Notes under the pieces: generated by a model
Told to the model about the DNA's origin: nothing
What the model saw: the letters and a program-made list of their open reading frames with translations, nothing else
Database searches by the model: none
Part shown: one piece after another, positions 1 through 13,268 of the stretch
How positions within the stretch are numbered: position 1 is the first letter of the stretch
Layout of the letters: each line of letters begins with the position of its first letter
NCBI RefSeq assembly: GCF_006345805.1
Contig: NC_043001.1
Location: 100,254,001-100,318,000, forward strand
From: Octopus sinensis
Taxonomy: Eukaryota
Length of the DNA: 64,000 bases
Direction: 5' to 3'
Made by a program: the position numbers and the translations under genes

Positions 1-597
1 GTGAAGGGTTGACTGCTATTTCTAGCTGTTCAAATGGTTGCATATAAACTCCCACATCAGCTTCATTATATGTTGTTTATATAGCAATGTTTATCCAACA
101 AGCAATAACAATGCCCTGCATTTATGTCATCAGCCATAGTATCACCAAACTTGAAATTCAGCTCTAATATCTAAACCTGACCAAAAGGATATTGCTGGAA
201 TTGGCAATCTGACAGGATTCTTGCTCCAACAACAACAACAACATCCCAATCATCAGTGTTTTGACGAACCGCACTGACTGCAGTTTCATCAATGATGCTC
301 TGCTGCAACCGTGACTGCTGTCATTTGTCTTGAGTGCTACTAGATTGCTACTAATTCATTGTTGTACTAATCACAGTTTCAACATTGGTGCTTCAGTGAA
401 ACTCTGACTGTTTTAATGCTAGTCTCATTGATATACTAACAACTAAATCAGAATGCAATAATTTCTGGATTGACTACAGTTTCAGTGACATCTTTTTGCA
501 TCTTAATTCAGTCTTCCTTACAATCTCCATCTATTCTCTTCTTAAACACTGATGACAGGATTTTGATGCATAATTGCCTCCTTGACCATAATTCATT

Positions 598-1247
598 ATC
601 ATCATCATCATCATCATCGTTTAACGTCCGCTTCCCATGCTAGCATGGGTTGGACGATTTGACTGAGGTCTGGTGAACCAGATGGCTGCACCAGGCTCCA
701 AGCTGATCTGGCAGTGTTTCTACAGCTGAATGCCCTTCCTAACGCCAACCACTCTGAGAGTGTAGTGGGTGCTTTTATGTGCCAGTTAGGTGGTACTGGC
801 AATGGCTATGCTCAAATGGTGCTTTTTATGTGCCACCTGCACAGGAACCAGTCCAGCGGCACTGGCAACGACCTCGTTTGAATGTTTTTTTTCACGTGCC
901 ACCAGCACAAGTGCTAGTAAGGTGATGCAGGTAAAAATCATGCTCGAATGGTGTTTTTAATGTGCCATCGGCACAGAGGCCAGCTTCTTGCTCTGGCAAC
1001 GATCTTACTCATATGGTACTCTTAGCGCTCCACTAGCAACGGATGCCAGTCACTGAGTTTGATTTCGATTTCAATTCCACTTGCCTCAACAGGTCTTCGA
1101 AAGCAGAGTTTAGTGTCCAATGAAGGAAAGGCATGCATAAGTGGACTGGTTACACCCCTGACATAGGCCAAGAAGGTTATGGTCTCACTTGCGCTTGCCG
1201 AGTCTTCTCAAGCACAGCATATTTCCAGAGGTCCCGGTCACTTTCAT
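598..1247 (-). mobile_element. 5'-truncated RTE-type LINE: ORF2 C-terminus, 3' UTR with tandem motif array and (GAT)n tail
   Basis: Minus strand at about 1190-1247 translates NESDRDLWKYAVLEKTRQ (RTE-like C-terminus). It is contiguous with repeated GGTGCTTTTTATGTGCCACC-like units and the (CAT)n tail at 598-618. Confidence 0.8.
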
Positions 1248-2247
1248 TTCTATTCCTATCAAAGATCAACAGCAAACCTAATTTCACTACAACACTGACC
1301 TTAGTTTTGGGGTGGGGCTCACAGAGACTAAGTTTAGTAAAAAGAAGGAATTAATGCCAGCTGAATAGTGACAATAATTCTCAATGTTAGACCAGACTCT
1401 ATAGACGAAGACTAATGAATTTTTTTATCATTACTCCATCATTATATAACTAAATCACGGCACTGCTTCATCTCATAATCACCTTTCCACTGTACCGTTC
1501 TATAGAAGCACTGTGTGCTCTCCCTAACAGATAATATATGGCATCAAGAGACTTTCTCAGATATCTCACTTGCAAAAGAAAAAATATTCAACTTAATCAA
1601 AACCAAAGCAATCACCAAAGTGAAATTATTTTCATATTTCAATCTTTGTTAAGTTAATTAAAATGCAGACCATCTTGTCAATGATTAAGTTAATTAAAAC
1701 ACAGATCAACTTGCCACTGATTAAGTGACAGAAGATGAAAGAAATAAAGCATTTAATTAATCCCGTTGTTTTGGTGTATAATTGTTGACAGAAAATTTTG
1801 TCTCCAAGAAACCTTATTATCTCTCATGAAAATGGTATTAGAGAACAAGGGTGCTCATTGGTTAAAGAGGTGTCTTTTATGAAGAATATGCTGCAAGAGA
1901 GAAACTGTATTCTTAATGATCAAATTGATCAAATGATGATGATGGTTTATTTCGTATCATTGTAATGATGTTTAATTATTTATGATATGGCTTACATCAA
2001 CTTACAGAAAAATACTTTCGTGAGTTATTAGGGTTCATCGAAAGATGTAAGGGAAGCTGAACAGTAATGTTGGGTCGTTTGCAATTTTGTAAGCTTTCTC
2101 ATGGGTTTGGTGAAGATAAGAAGAACACACTCCTGCATCTGTTTTGGAAATGGAATCTTCAGGAGTTCTTTATTAGATGAATGGAGCATGTGACTTTATA
2201 AACTAATGCATGAAGGAAGAAGACACAGAGAAGAGAATGGGATATCT

Positions 2248-2281
<34 letters not shown>

Positions 2282-2698
2282 AAGAGAGAAGGAGAGAGAG
2301 AAGCATAGGAAAAGCGAGGTAAGCGATGTGTTTTGGATAAGGGACAGAAAATGGCACAGAATCATTATCTTCCATCTAAAATCATTTGTAGGGATAGAAA
2401 ATAGTATCAGAGATAAGTCAAAAGATAAGAAGAAAATAGCATGAGAGATGTCTCAAAGTGGTGTATCAATGAAAGAAAATGAAATTCTTCTTCTGTTTCT
2501 TATACATTTTGGTGTATAATTTACTGAAGCATTAAGTTATAGATTTCTCAAGTTCATTATTGAAAAAGCATTGCAATTACTGTAACATAATTAGCATGAT
2601 ATGAAACATATCACACCTAATTTTTTCTGTATAAGCTAGACTATATTTACCAATATAATTAATTGTAATTACCAAATCACTGAATGGGTGGTACTTAC

Positions 2699-2758
2699 CA
2701 ATACACACCAACAGTTGATGTAAACTGTGTTGCTGTGAAACAATATCACCAGATTTGT
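2699..2758 (-). CDS. Possible isolated 60-bp exon (unverified, product unknown)
   Basis: Minus strand ...caactatttacAG|ACAAATCTGG...GTGTATTG|GTAAGT; open in two frames (KSGDIVSQQHSLHQLLVCI or TNLVILFHSNTVYINCWCVL). No recognisable homology, so it may be chance. Confidence 0.15.
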
Positions 2759-3587
2759 CTGTAAATAGTTGAAAGGCAATACTTCTTAACACAATAACCT
2801 AACAGCCATTGTTTGCTATTTCCATCAGCAACTGGACTGATTCTATAAAAGTCAGATCATAATTTCACTTGGTAGGGCAGCAGAAGTTAATTTCCATTCA
2901 GGTCTTGTGGAATACAATCGGATAGTTTTGGTTTTGAAATTCTTTGTTATTTTGTGAGAAAATATCTTCCAGAAAAACAAATATGTTGCAATATTCCAAT
3001 TAAAAGTTCCTGAAACCACAAGGATAAATAATTATGTAGCAGCAACGAAATTTAAGATTTCAGAGAAACTTCTAGAGTGACTGGCAAAAAATATTGAACA
3101 AAAAGCAGGAAATACAAAAAAAAAAAAAAGGAGCGTTCTGACTGTGGCCAGTCTTGCAAATGGCCAGAATTGGGGAAGAAAGTTGGTGATTGATATTTAG
3201 AAATGGTCAAGATGCAAAAAAAGTATAACTCATGGATACTTTTAAATCTATGAGGAAAACGAATCAGGGAAAGTTGGAATTTTAGATTTTAAGATAAGCA
3301 GAACTAGATTGTATTCAAGATTGATGAGATGGTATGGTTTTTCTGAGACTGAATTTTGGACAAAATTAGTGAGAAGATGGCTGTAAGTATTGGAAACGTG
3401 GACAAAACACTTTAATCTTGACAGGCCAAAGAAATGAACAATGAACTAAATAGGAAAGAAGACACTACCTGTAAAAGGTACACGTCTTGATATAAGCAGA
3501 TTATCTTTGGTATAATGCACTTGTTAGATGTTAATACAGCATTTAATGACAGGACAAAGATGGAATGGAGTAACCGTATATATGATG

Positions 3588-3725
3588 GTTGGCGTTAGGA
3601 AGCTGTAGAAACCTTGCCAGGTCAGATTGGAGCCTGGTGCAGCCAACTGGCTTTCCAAATCCCAGTCAAACCGTCCAACCCATGCCAGCATGGAAAACGG
3701 ACGTTAAACAATGAGGATGATGATA
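3588..3725 (+). mobile_element. RTE 3' terminal fragment with (GAT)n-like tail
   Basis: ggttggcgttaggaag...ccaacccatgccagcatggaaaacggacgttaaac followed by gatgatgat; same family as 598-1247. Confidence 0.75.
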
Positions 3726-3910
3726 TATACATAAGCAAACTAGCTAGTTATAAAATCTTTATAACAGATGAAAGTAGTACCTATATTGATAACCAGCTGG
3801 AGGAGGTTTCCTCTTTGGGTTAAAAATGGTAGTAGCATTAGTTTGTACAGAGCAGCCATGTTGAAGTGGTGACAAACATTACTTCTCATCTCACATGCAC
3901 ACACACACAC

Positions 3911-4410
3911 ATAATAATAATAATGAAATTATTGTATACAGTGCTCAGGTGCACCACAACTTGTCAGAAAGTGCATATAAAGTACATGCAGTAATGTAGA
4001 AATGTCTGGAAAGTGAACATGCTTGTGTGTGTAGGGGAGAAAATCAAGTGTAGTGTTGGCGAATCTCAGGAAGCATGGAAGTTTTGAAGGATGCAGTGCT
4101 CCGACAACTAACAACCGATGCCGGCAGTTTGTTCCACGCTTCAGCAACTCTCAGCGTGAAAAAATGTTTCCTGAAGTCATGGGAGCTGTGCTGTTTTCTT
4201 ACTTTGTAAATATGTCCACGGGTGTTAGATGGATGGAGTTTGAAGAGGTGCTCAGAGTTATTGTTTGTACGATGGTTGATAATTTTATGGGTGTCTGCCA
4301 AGTCAGCTGCCAGACGTCGGAGTTTCAATGTGTCCATGCCCAGGGAAGTAAGGCATTCAGGATATGGCAAATGCCTGATGGAGGGTATTCTTTTGTAAAG
4401 TCATAGCACC
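3911..4410 (-). mobile_element. CR1/L2-type LINE 3' end (ORF2 C-terminus, 3' UTR, (TTA)n tail)
   Basis: ORF 4044-4370 (PYPECLTSLGMDTLKLRRLAADL...TRGHIYKVRKQHSSHDFRKHFFTLRVAEAWNKLPASVV...SFK) matches the CR1/L2 post-RT pattern YEERL..L.L.SL..RRLR.DL...TRGH..K....RK.FFS.RVV..WN.LP..VV. (ATA)n tail at 3911-3924. Confidence 0.85.
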
Positions 4411-5554
4411 AAGTTTATTACATCTTTGACTTGTTGTGCTGCCATGATCATGTGTTTCTATCTATAGATGACTCCTAGCACATATTTAAACTCAGCACTT
4501 TATATTCCGTCTGTAGAGTGTTTCAATACACTTTCCTACCATTTCTCTTGGACAGGAATAAAGTAATTAACTGCTTGATTCCTTTGTCTGTCTCAAACTT
4601 ATATATCAACAAATTCTATAGATTGTATGGTTAAACAAGTTACTCTGTTGATAAAATGAACGGTCACTCATACATTTAAATGTCCTGCAAAGTAATCTGA
4701 GGTAATTAATTCTATACTTTCTTTAAGTAGTACAATTTAGGTAAACTTTTCCCAGGCACAAAGCCATAGCCTTGACTACCTGTTGAGTTGTTGTGCACTC
4801 TCCATGTTTTAAATATCTTGTTTTAAAGAATTGAAAATTATACTTCCTAATTCATGTGTGTATATATATTACACACATGCACACACACACACACACAGCA
4901 CTGCCAACCAAAATGTGTCTGTATCATTAAATAATGTTTGATAAAAAAAAAAGTCCTATGAATCAATCAATGAAAGAAAACCAATTATTGATTACTGATC
5001 GCTTCTTTTACAGTTTATTATCACCAATTATAGTCTTGAAGAAAAAATGATCACATCTATAACTTTGGTCACTCAACTTTTATGACAAGAATTAAGAGAT
5101 TCCTTAGAATATTTCTTTACCACAGACTTTAACGAACATTATCTATATATATATTTTCTTTTTTGTATTAAGAATTCTAAAGCTTTTGGTAATATGATGT
5201 ATTTGTAAAGCCATATGGGGAAACTTGAAAAGTTACAATGCACAGCGGTTATTTATTGGGCCTCTTATCTCCTACTTTGATGATAACTTCTGTTGATGAT
5301 TGGATATCATGGAAATATATGTCATTACGCTCCATAGATTTTATTGCTAGTTCTAATTTTTGTCAGTTGGGCAACATCTTCTTGCTAACTGGTTAGTTTA
5401 ACTTGCATCATTCTCCGAGTGCATATCTCTTGACTGTCTCATCCACTGGCAAGAGAATGCACTCGTTTGAGTTAAACACCATCGTTTAACCGTATTAAAT
5501 ACAGTTATCTCTGTGTATGCATGGGTGAGTGTGTGTATGAATACATCATCATCC

Positions 5555-5950
5555 TCATCATCATCATCATCATCACCATTGCCATCGTAATTTAATGTCT
5601 GTTTTCCATACTAGCATGGATTAGACAGTTTGACAGAAGCTAGCAAGCCAAAGAGCTGTACCTGGCTCCAAGCTGTCTGTTTTGGAATGGTTCCTTTTTC
5701 TGCTGGACTCCCTTCCTAATGCCAACCACTTTACAGATTGCACTAGGCGCTTCTTATGTGGCGCTTGCAAGGATGTGGCAAACAACCATTTTCTGTGCTG
5801 CTATTGATTGGATGGTTTGATAGGATCTGGGCTGTATTGTACCCCGTGTCCGTTTTGGCTGGTTTCTATGGCTGGATGTCCTTTCTAATGCCAACCACTT
5901 TACAGTGTGTATAGGGTGCTTTTGTTTTGTGCCACCAGCACCAGTGAGGT
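5555..5950 (-). mobile_element. Older RTE 3' UTR copies with (CAT)n tail
   Basis: (CAT)n, then ttttccatactagcatgg...ccttcctaatgccaaccactttacag, present twice, with the gtgcttt..gtgccacc motif. Confidence 0.65.
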
Positions 5951-6199
5951 GGTTAAGTAACTCGCAAGCCAGGAAAGAAGAAATAAAAACAAAAAGAGAA
6001 AAAGTGAAAAGGAGGAAAATCCCTCTTGATTAAGTGGTGGAGGGGAGATTATTTGAACAGGAAAGAGAGGTGGATTCTACACCTGAGATAAGCAGAGGTG
6101 TCTTGCAGTTGAGAAGATATAAATCTACCCTACATTATATAAGGGTGGTTTGGAGTATCTGGGAAAAAAGTTAAGATGGTAGTGTTAGGGTGCCCCAGA

Positions 6200-6500
6200 T
6201 AATCTCAAAGAGTCAGAAATGATAAGGGCAGTGGAATAGGAAGGCAGTCATTTGAGTGTGAGTGAAAGGTAAGAGATGGAGTGAGAGGTGAATGAAGTGG
6301 AAGATGAAGAGGGGTGGAGGTGTAGCTTGATGGGAAATAAGAGTATGATGGGTGGGTAAGGTGAAAGAGGTAGGAGTAGTTCAGGGATGATGGTTCAGTA
6401 GAGACTGATCGAGTAAGATGTAGGAGTGAGGATGGTGAGGTAGAGATACATAAGGAGTAGTTGTAGTGAGTGGGTGTGGTGGCAGGCATGAGATGGAGCT
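6200..6500 (-). mobile_element. Possible highly decayed Penelope-like RT C-terminal remnant
   Basis: Pyrimidine-rich minus strand; LTRSVSTEPSSLNYSYLFHLTHP and L*DYLGH loosely echo Penelope LSTSVYYKPTDSHSYL..SSHP and LRD.LV. Weak, judged by eye only. Confidence 0.2.
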
Positions 6501-6799
6501 GGAAAGGATAGGAAATATGTGAGATGTTAAGATGAAGAGATGAGGCAGAGGAGAAGGGAGAGGATAGGATAGGTGAAGGAATGATAAGGGTAGAAGTGGA
6601 GGAAAGGCAGTAACTGGTAGCATAAAGAGTTGGGAGATGTTATAAGTGTCATCCATGAAGGATTGGAGATGAGATGTGAGGAATGCTTGAAGGGGGAGTA
6701 TGAGTGTAGGGACAGAGCCCAGCAGGTACAAGCATAGACAAGATGTGCTTAAGTCCACCCATTTGCTGAGATGGTCTTCTGAGGCTCAGCAAGTTGCAC

Positions 6800-7485
6800 C
6801 TCACCTCAGTCCTTTGTCCTCTCCTCCATGATGCTCAACCTTCACTTCTTTGTCCTATCTCTTCCTGGATCTTTCACAAGCTTATTTTAATTTATGGGAT
6901 TAGGACCTCATATTGCAGCTTTACTCACCCACACACATCATGAGACGAAACCATCGCAGTCTTCTCTCTTACACACTGCATCTGATTTCTCTTGCACCTA
7001 AATCTTTTCTCTCAATACATTTGCACTTCATCATACATGCACACTGACATTGTGTATCCAATGAAACATACTAGCTTCATTCCTCTCTAGTCTTTGCATA
7101 TCCTCTACATTCAGGGTCCACGTTTCACTATCATGTAGCATTGCTGTTCATACCAAAGCATCATATAATTTTACTTTCACTCAGTGAGAGAGAGAGGCAT
7201 TTCCTTGTTAACAGAAGTAGCAATTCTCTAAACTTTCTCCATCTTATTCTTATGCTAGTAACTATCCTTTCAGAATATCCTCCACTACTGCTAATCAGGT
7301 CACCTAAGCAACAGAAATTATCTACTGCCTCCGGGGATCGTCCTGAGTATTTAAGAAAATCTATTTATCACGTGTCCTTAACGTTCATTACTCCTGACCA
7401 TCCTCTACATAGAAACACTATTTCTTTATCAACCATCCTGCGATTTCATTGCATCTCTTGTGTGTTCATAGCTTGCACTGGACAT
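6800..7485 (-). mobile_element. RTE LINE ORF2 fragment (post-RT region), decayed
   Basis: Minus strand reads VDNFCCLGDLISSSGGYSESIVTSIRIRWRKFRELLLLL...MLHDSETWTLNVEDMQRLERNEASM, with stops and frameshifts. Confidence 0.8.
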
Positions 7486-7486
7486 C

Positions 7487-7710
7487 ATCATCATCGTTTA
7501 ATGTCCGCTTTCCATGCTAGCATGGGTTGGACGATTTTGACTGAGGGCTGGCGAACCAGATGGCCGCACCAGGCTCCAATCTTGATCTGGCAGAGTTTCT
7601 ACAGCTGGATGCCCTTCTTAATGCCAACCACTCCGAGAATGTAGTGGGTGCTTTTTACGTGCCACCGGCATGGGGCCAGTCAGGAGTACTGGCAATGACC
7701 TCGCTGAAAT
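7487..7710 (-). mobile_element. RTE 3' UTR copy with (CAT)n tail
   Basis: catcatcatcatcgtttaatgtccgctttccatgctagcatgggttgg...gtgggtgctttttacgtgccaccgg. Confidence 0.8.
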
Positions 7711-8916
7711 TACTGCCTCCACCTGTTCCACATATCGAGCCAGAGAGACATATCTATTTCCAGATAAGATTGTCCTGACTTTATCAGTGAGGGAGGGGAT
7801 TATGTTGTTATTGCCTTTTAACCTCAGGAAGCCACGATCAAGTAGACTTATGAACACAAACATTCTAAGTTGTATAAAACTACCATTATGAAAACGACTC
7901 TTGTGCTTTCAAGACGGCTGGCCATATGTGATCAAACAACCAGAGATTAACCTCTTTGTTGAATTAAAATATTTTGGAGTAACTTGTTTTGATGAACTGT
8001 TTTGTAGCAGAAGGGTTAAGTTTTTTATGCAAAAAGTATAAGGGCCACAAAGAAAGTAAAATAAGAGAAATTGAGATATGAAATTGGGGCATAGACTGAT
8101 TTTATCATGAAGTTACTGTCCATTGTACGATGCTTAATAAGGTGATATAAAATTATTAAGAAATGGAATAAAAAGAGCTTCTCTCATGGATTGAAGTGGT
8201 CAGATAACGAGTTAGTAATAGCAGTGTGTGTGTGTGGGGGGGGGGTGTAGTGCTGAAAGGTGGAATATTGAGTTCTTAATGAATTACTGATTCAAGTGTG
8301 GTTGAAATGACAGGAGCTGATTAATGAGAAAGTGATATTTGTTGGAATTAGAACTGGTGGTGGTGGTGGTGAGCCAACAGGTGGCCTGTGTGGGGAAGAG
8401 GGTGAGGTGACCAATAGAAAGATGGTGGATAAGTTTTGGAACAAAGTAGAGGAAGAGGAGACGAGCCAGACAGAATGTGGAGACTAGTTTACAGATAAAA
8501 TTGAAAAAATGAGTTGATATAATAACAGAATGTCTAATTTTGTGAAATGTCTGTTCCCAGATGGTAAATAATCTTATTTATTAATTAGCATAATTGGCAA
8601 ACTACTCATGTCTATAATGATTACACAAGAAAAAAAACAAACAAACAATGAAAATAAAAACAAAATAGAGCAAAAAAAGAGGGAAAAGACTAGAGTTACA
8701 TTTTGATATGAAATAGAAAGAAGACATTATTTACAATAATGAACTTAGAGTTTGTTGCTTATAAAACTTATTGTTGTAATATTATTTTTATTGTGTATTA
8801 GATATAATATAAAACAAATAATGAACTCTGTTATTTTTTTAGTGAAGTTGATGCTATTGATCATAGCAATGGTGGTTGTGATGTTGCTGCTGTTGCTGGT
8901 GATGATGATGATGATG

Positions 8917-9231
8917 GCTCTCTGTTGGTTAAAGTGATGAGGGTTCTAGCAGACCTGATCAATGGAACAGCCTGCTCATGGAGCTAACGTGTGAGTTGGC
9001 TGAGCGTTCCACAGACACCTGTATCCTTAATGGAGTTCTCGGGGAGATTCAGTGTGACACAGAAACAGTAAGGCTGGCCCATTGAATTACAGGTACAACT
9101 CAATTATGCTTGAACTGGAGCAATGTGAAATAAAGTGTCTTGCTCAAGGACACCTCACACTGCCAGGGATTGAACCTGTGACCTAACAATCATGAGCTGA
9201 ATACTCTAAACACCAAGCCATGTGCCTTCAC
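8917..9231 (-). mobile_element. tRNA-derived SINE (family E)
   Basis: Minus-strand head with A-box-like and GGTTCAATCCC B-box-like motifs, then gtgtccttgagcaagacactttatttcacattgctccag; related copies at 10600, 14050 and 26070. Confidence 0.7.
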
Positions 9232-9233
9232 AG

Positions 9234-9269
<36 letters not shown>

Positions 9270-10169
9270 CAGTGACTGAAATGGTAATGGTGGTACTAGG
9301 GATGTGATTATGGTGATCTTTCTGCTGCTGCAGTTGCTGCAGTTACTAATGATGATGAAGGTGATGGTGGTGGTGGTGGGAATTAACTGCAGGCCCTCAA
9401 TCTGCACCCACTTCTGCCATGTTTCCTCTCCAATCATCAATATACAATAATTCAAACCAAACCCTTTACAACCATTTAATATTCCTCTCCACCAATACGC
9501 AACATTGAAATCTCCTCTGAATAAACCTGACACACAACAGAAAGGCAAATGCCTCAATCTTCGAATCTCTAAAGCACTTGACACCCAAACCTGAAAACAA
9601 CAGCTCATCTCCTATCACTGTCAATGCTTTAATATTAAGGTACTCAACAGCGCAGGACATTTCACCTTCCCATGGCTCTTGAGAACTTATTGCTCTTCTG
9701 CTTTGATGTAAACAAGAGAAAAGCATTATATCATGAAACATGACTAAGCAGCAGGAATTTATATCAACAGTGCTTCGACCCTCATTGGACAGTTATCATA
9801 AAAACGTGGACATGAATCACCTCATCTCAAACGATTTCTTGCTTTGAGGATAGAGGTTCTTCTATATAATTTTATCAATGCCAATGCATACTCATATGTA
9901 CACAATGGCCATTTTATATAAAACACCATCATCGTACATATACATAAATATATATATGTCATCATCATCATCGTATATATACATATATCTATACTTCATT
10001 TAAAAGCAGTTTTGTTTTTAACAAAACTGTTCGATAAACAGGAATGTGAAACTCTGAGTAACAGCTTTTGTTATATTTCTGCTAGTTTTAAATAAATCAT
10101 ACTACTCTACCTCTGGTATTTGAGTACTCTTTTTTCTACCTTGTTTCACATTTATGTGCTTACTCCAGT

Positions 10170-10204
<35 letters not shown>

Positions 10205-10209
<5 letters not shown>

Positions 10210-10565
10210 TCATCATCATCATCATCATCATCCTGATGTTTTCCATGCAATATGCAAGCATGGGTTGGGTGGTTTGACTAGAGCTGCAGGTTGCACCAGG
10301 TTCCAGTCTGATTTAGCTTGGTTTCTATGGCTAAATGCCCCTTTTAATGCAAACCACTTTACAGTGTATGCTGGGTGCTTTTTATATGCCACCAGTATGA
10401 GCGCTTCCATTTATATCTATATTGGTATCCCCCCCTCTCTCTCTCTATATATATATATATATCATCATCATCATTTAACGTCCGCTTTCCATGCTAGCAT
10501 GGGTTGGACGATTTTGACTGAGGGCTGGTGAACCAAATGGCTGCACCAGTCCCCAAACTTGATTT
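10205..10565 (-). mobile_element. Two RTE 3' terminal fragments, each abutting (TA)n
   Basis: (TA)n(CAT)n followed by the conserved ttccatgc.agcatgggttgg terminus at about 10240 and 10490. Confidence 0.7.
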
Positions 10566-10599
10566 ATATATACACACACAGACATGCATGTATGTATGT

Positions 10600-10860
10600 A
10601 AGGGTGCATGGCCAAGTGGTTAGGGTGGTTTCAATTCTGGGTGGGGCATTGTGTTCTTGAGCAAAACACTTCATCTCACACTGCTCTGTGATCACCTCGA
10701 CACCTAACGCGTGGCACACCTGTGCACCTGTCGAGACAACATCGATTTGATGAAGAGAGTGAGAAGCCAATGTGTGGCACAAGCATTTGATCCCTATAAA
10801 CGAAGCATTTGTGCAAGATACTGAATGCTCAAACATCATTTTGTTGGCTGAGTCCATTAT
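10600..10860 (+). mobile_element. tRNA-derived SINE (family E-like, different body)
   Basis: gcatggccaagtggttagggt...ttcaattctggg...cattgtgttcttgagcaaaacacttcatctcacactgctc. Confidence 0.55.
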
Positions 10861-11159
10861 TATATGTGTAAATGCATGCATGTATGTATGTATGCGCTTA
10901 TGTGTGCATGGATATAATTTTCATATTTATTTGTGTGGGTGTGTCTGTATTTAAATATATTGTTGATATCATAAGAATTTCATAAACTTTCAAAAGAACA
11001 AATACATATAAACCTATAAATGGTAGCATGTAAATTTCTGGTTGAAAAACCATTTTGCATAGAAAAGAAATGAAAGGTGCCTATGAGACTTGAACCTACA
11101 TCTCCTGTATATATGACAGGCATTCTACTACTGTATATGTAAAAAGAATTGCACACACA

Positions 11160-11320
11160 TATATATATGACAGGTTTCTTTCAGTTCCTGTCCACCTAAT
11201 CCATTCATAAGGTTCCGGTTGGCCCAAGGCTGTAGTAGAAGACACTTGCTCAAGGTGCTACGCAGTGGGACTGAACCCAAAACCATGTGGTTGGGAAGCA
11301 AGCTTCTTACCACACAGTCA
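11160..11320 (-). mobile_element. tRNA-derived SINE family A, 5' half
   Basis: Reverse complement of gtgtggtaagaagcttgcttcccaaccacatggttttgggttcagtcccactgcgtagcaccttgagcaagtgtcttctac...gaaactgaaagaa. Confidence 0.8.
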
Positions 11321-12420
11321 TTAAATCAATGTTTTAATGATTAGACAGAAGTCCAATAGAATAGCTCTGAGAAACAGACTACGTACAAATTTGTTCTTCA
11401 CAGCTCCCGAAATTATGCTACATAAAGTCTCATTATAGCAATTATCTTAGTGAAAGCAAATGAGGTGGAACTTGAGAAACCTAAATTTCTCATTACAATA
11501 AAGGAAAAACGATTTTTTGACAACAAACAGCATAGAATACTGATTGTGACATAGTTAAAAATTCAGTCACCTAAAAAGTGTATCCCGTTCTTTTGGTCCC
11601 AACCCATCTGGTTCTGTGAGACACACTTCTTGTTTTAAAGTGATCTAAATTAAAAACATTTGAGTTTAATGCTAATTTAAGCTTCCAATACCAGCTTAAT
11701 AGTGGTAAAATTACTTTATTAAATTTTTCACTATTCTAAAAATTAATTGAAAGAAAATCTGTACTTCAAAAGAAATAAGGTAACAAAAGGCTTAACACAC
11801 AATTCTATCAGATGAGCAATCAAAATACAGAACTGATTTCATTTTCTCAAAAATAGTCAGAAATACAAATTCTGTAGAATGAATCCAAAACAGATTTACT
11901 TTCTTCTTTGGGTTTGCACTAACCACATATCCATTATACGGGAGCTGTGATGTCACATTGCAGAGACCTTTGAGCTACACACCCTATTTGCCCTTTGGGA
12001 GAATCCTATTTTGGCTACTTGTATTTGCAATCATACATTTTTGGTCACTATTCAAGAATCATAACCATAAAGAAAGCGTTTGGGATCAATGGATTGCTCC
12101 TTATTGCTGTCAAGTCCCAATCGTTTGTGTTTTCAGGTAAACAGTGCTAAGCTGAAACCTTTCAAATTGTGAATTGTTCTGAAGCAGCAAACATTGAAGA
12201 CCCCTGTTATTATTTCTTCTTTTTCCCTAATCTTTATCAATTGGACTAACTGCACATCTGAATGAAAAGTGGGATTGAAACCAATCTGTGTGGAATTAAT
12301 TGGCTGATATTTAAAGTTGACAGGTTACTACTAAGCTCCTCAGATATTCACCACTACCACTACCACCACCGCCGCCGCCACCGCCACCACCATCATTTAA
12401 CTGTCTATTTTCCCTGCTGC

Positions 12421-12652
12421 CTATTTCTTTAATTCCCACAAGGGGCTAAACACAGAGGGGACAAACAAGGACAGATACACGGATTAAGTTGATTACATCG
12501 ACCCCTGTGCGTAACTGGTACTTAATTTATCGACCCCAAAAGGATGAAAGGCAAAGTCAACGTCGGCAGAATTTGAACTCGGAATGTAACGGCAGACGAA
12601 ATACGGTTACACATTTCGCCCGGCTTGCTAACGATTCTGCCAGCTCGCCGCC
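12421..12652 (-). mobile_element. Full-length tRNA-derived SINE (family D) with 10-bp TSD, inserted in an RTE 3' UTR copy
   Basis: TSD TTCCCTGCTG at 12410-12419 and 12653-12662; head GGCGGCGAGCTGGCAGAATCGTTAGC...GAGTTCAAATTC; CpG-rich; homologous to 41943-42178. Confidence 0.88.
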
Positions 12653-13225
12653 TTCCCTGCTGTCATGGGTTCGATGGTTTCACAGGAGCTGGCAAGGCTG
12701 GAGAGTTGCACCAGGCTCCATTCGTCCATTATGGCTTGGTTTCTACAGCTGAATGCTCTTTCTAATGCCAACCACTTTACAGAGTAGCACTGGGTGCCTT
12801 TTATGTGGCGCTAGCAAGGGAGCTTTCTACATGGCACTAGCATGAAAGCTTTTCATGTGGCACCAGTACTTGTGCTGTAACGTGTTAGATAGGTTCCCTA
12901 ACAAGTTCTGTAAAGCAGGACTGAAGATCCCTTTCACAGAACCTGCCTCAATGGTCCTCTCAAGACAACATGTACAGAATGGGTTGCATGTCAGAGGAAT
13001 TCCATAAGAATAGATAAAGAAACTTTGGCATCTTTGGGCTATTTTCCCAAGTGGAGGGCAGCAAGAGATTAAACAGAATGCAAGTACAGAGATAGGAGAA
13101 AGGGCTGAACCCACTAAATTCAGTTGTGATCCTGTATTTACCATAATCTATGGTCATGCAATTTGGGAAGTAATCAAAAGTGTATGAGTGTGTAGAAAAG
13201 CAGCTGAATTGTTTCATATATGTAC

Positions 13226-13268
<43 letters not shown>

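Noticed and set aside
1648-1728. 36-bp tandem duplication (ttaagttaattaaaa...)
   Set aside because: Only two diverged units; ordinary slippage.
11076-11132. tRNA-like fragment on minus (GGTTCAAGTC T-loop, CCTG/CAGG stem)
   Set aside because: No acceptor stem or D arm can be completed and the loop is oversized; more likely a decayed tRNA-derived SINE head.
11966-12138. Plus-strand exon candidate ending CAG|GTAAAC
   Set aside because: An overlapping frame reads KAFGINGLLL, resembling LINE RT (L..YGI.G.LL.WI), so it is more likely LINE debris.
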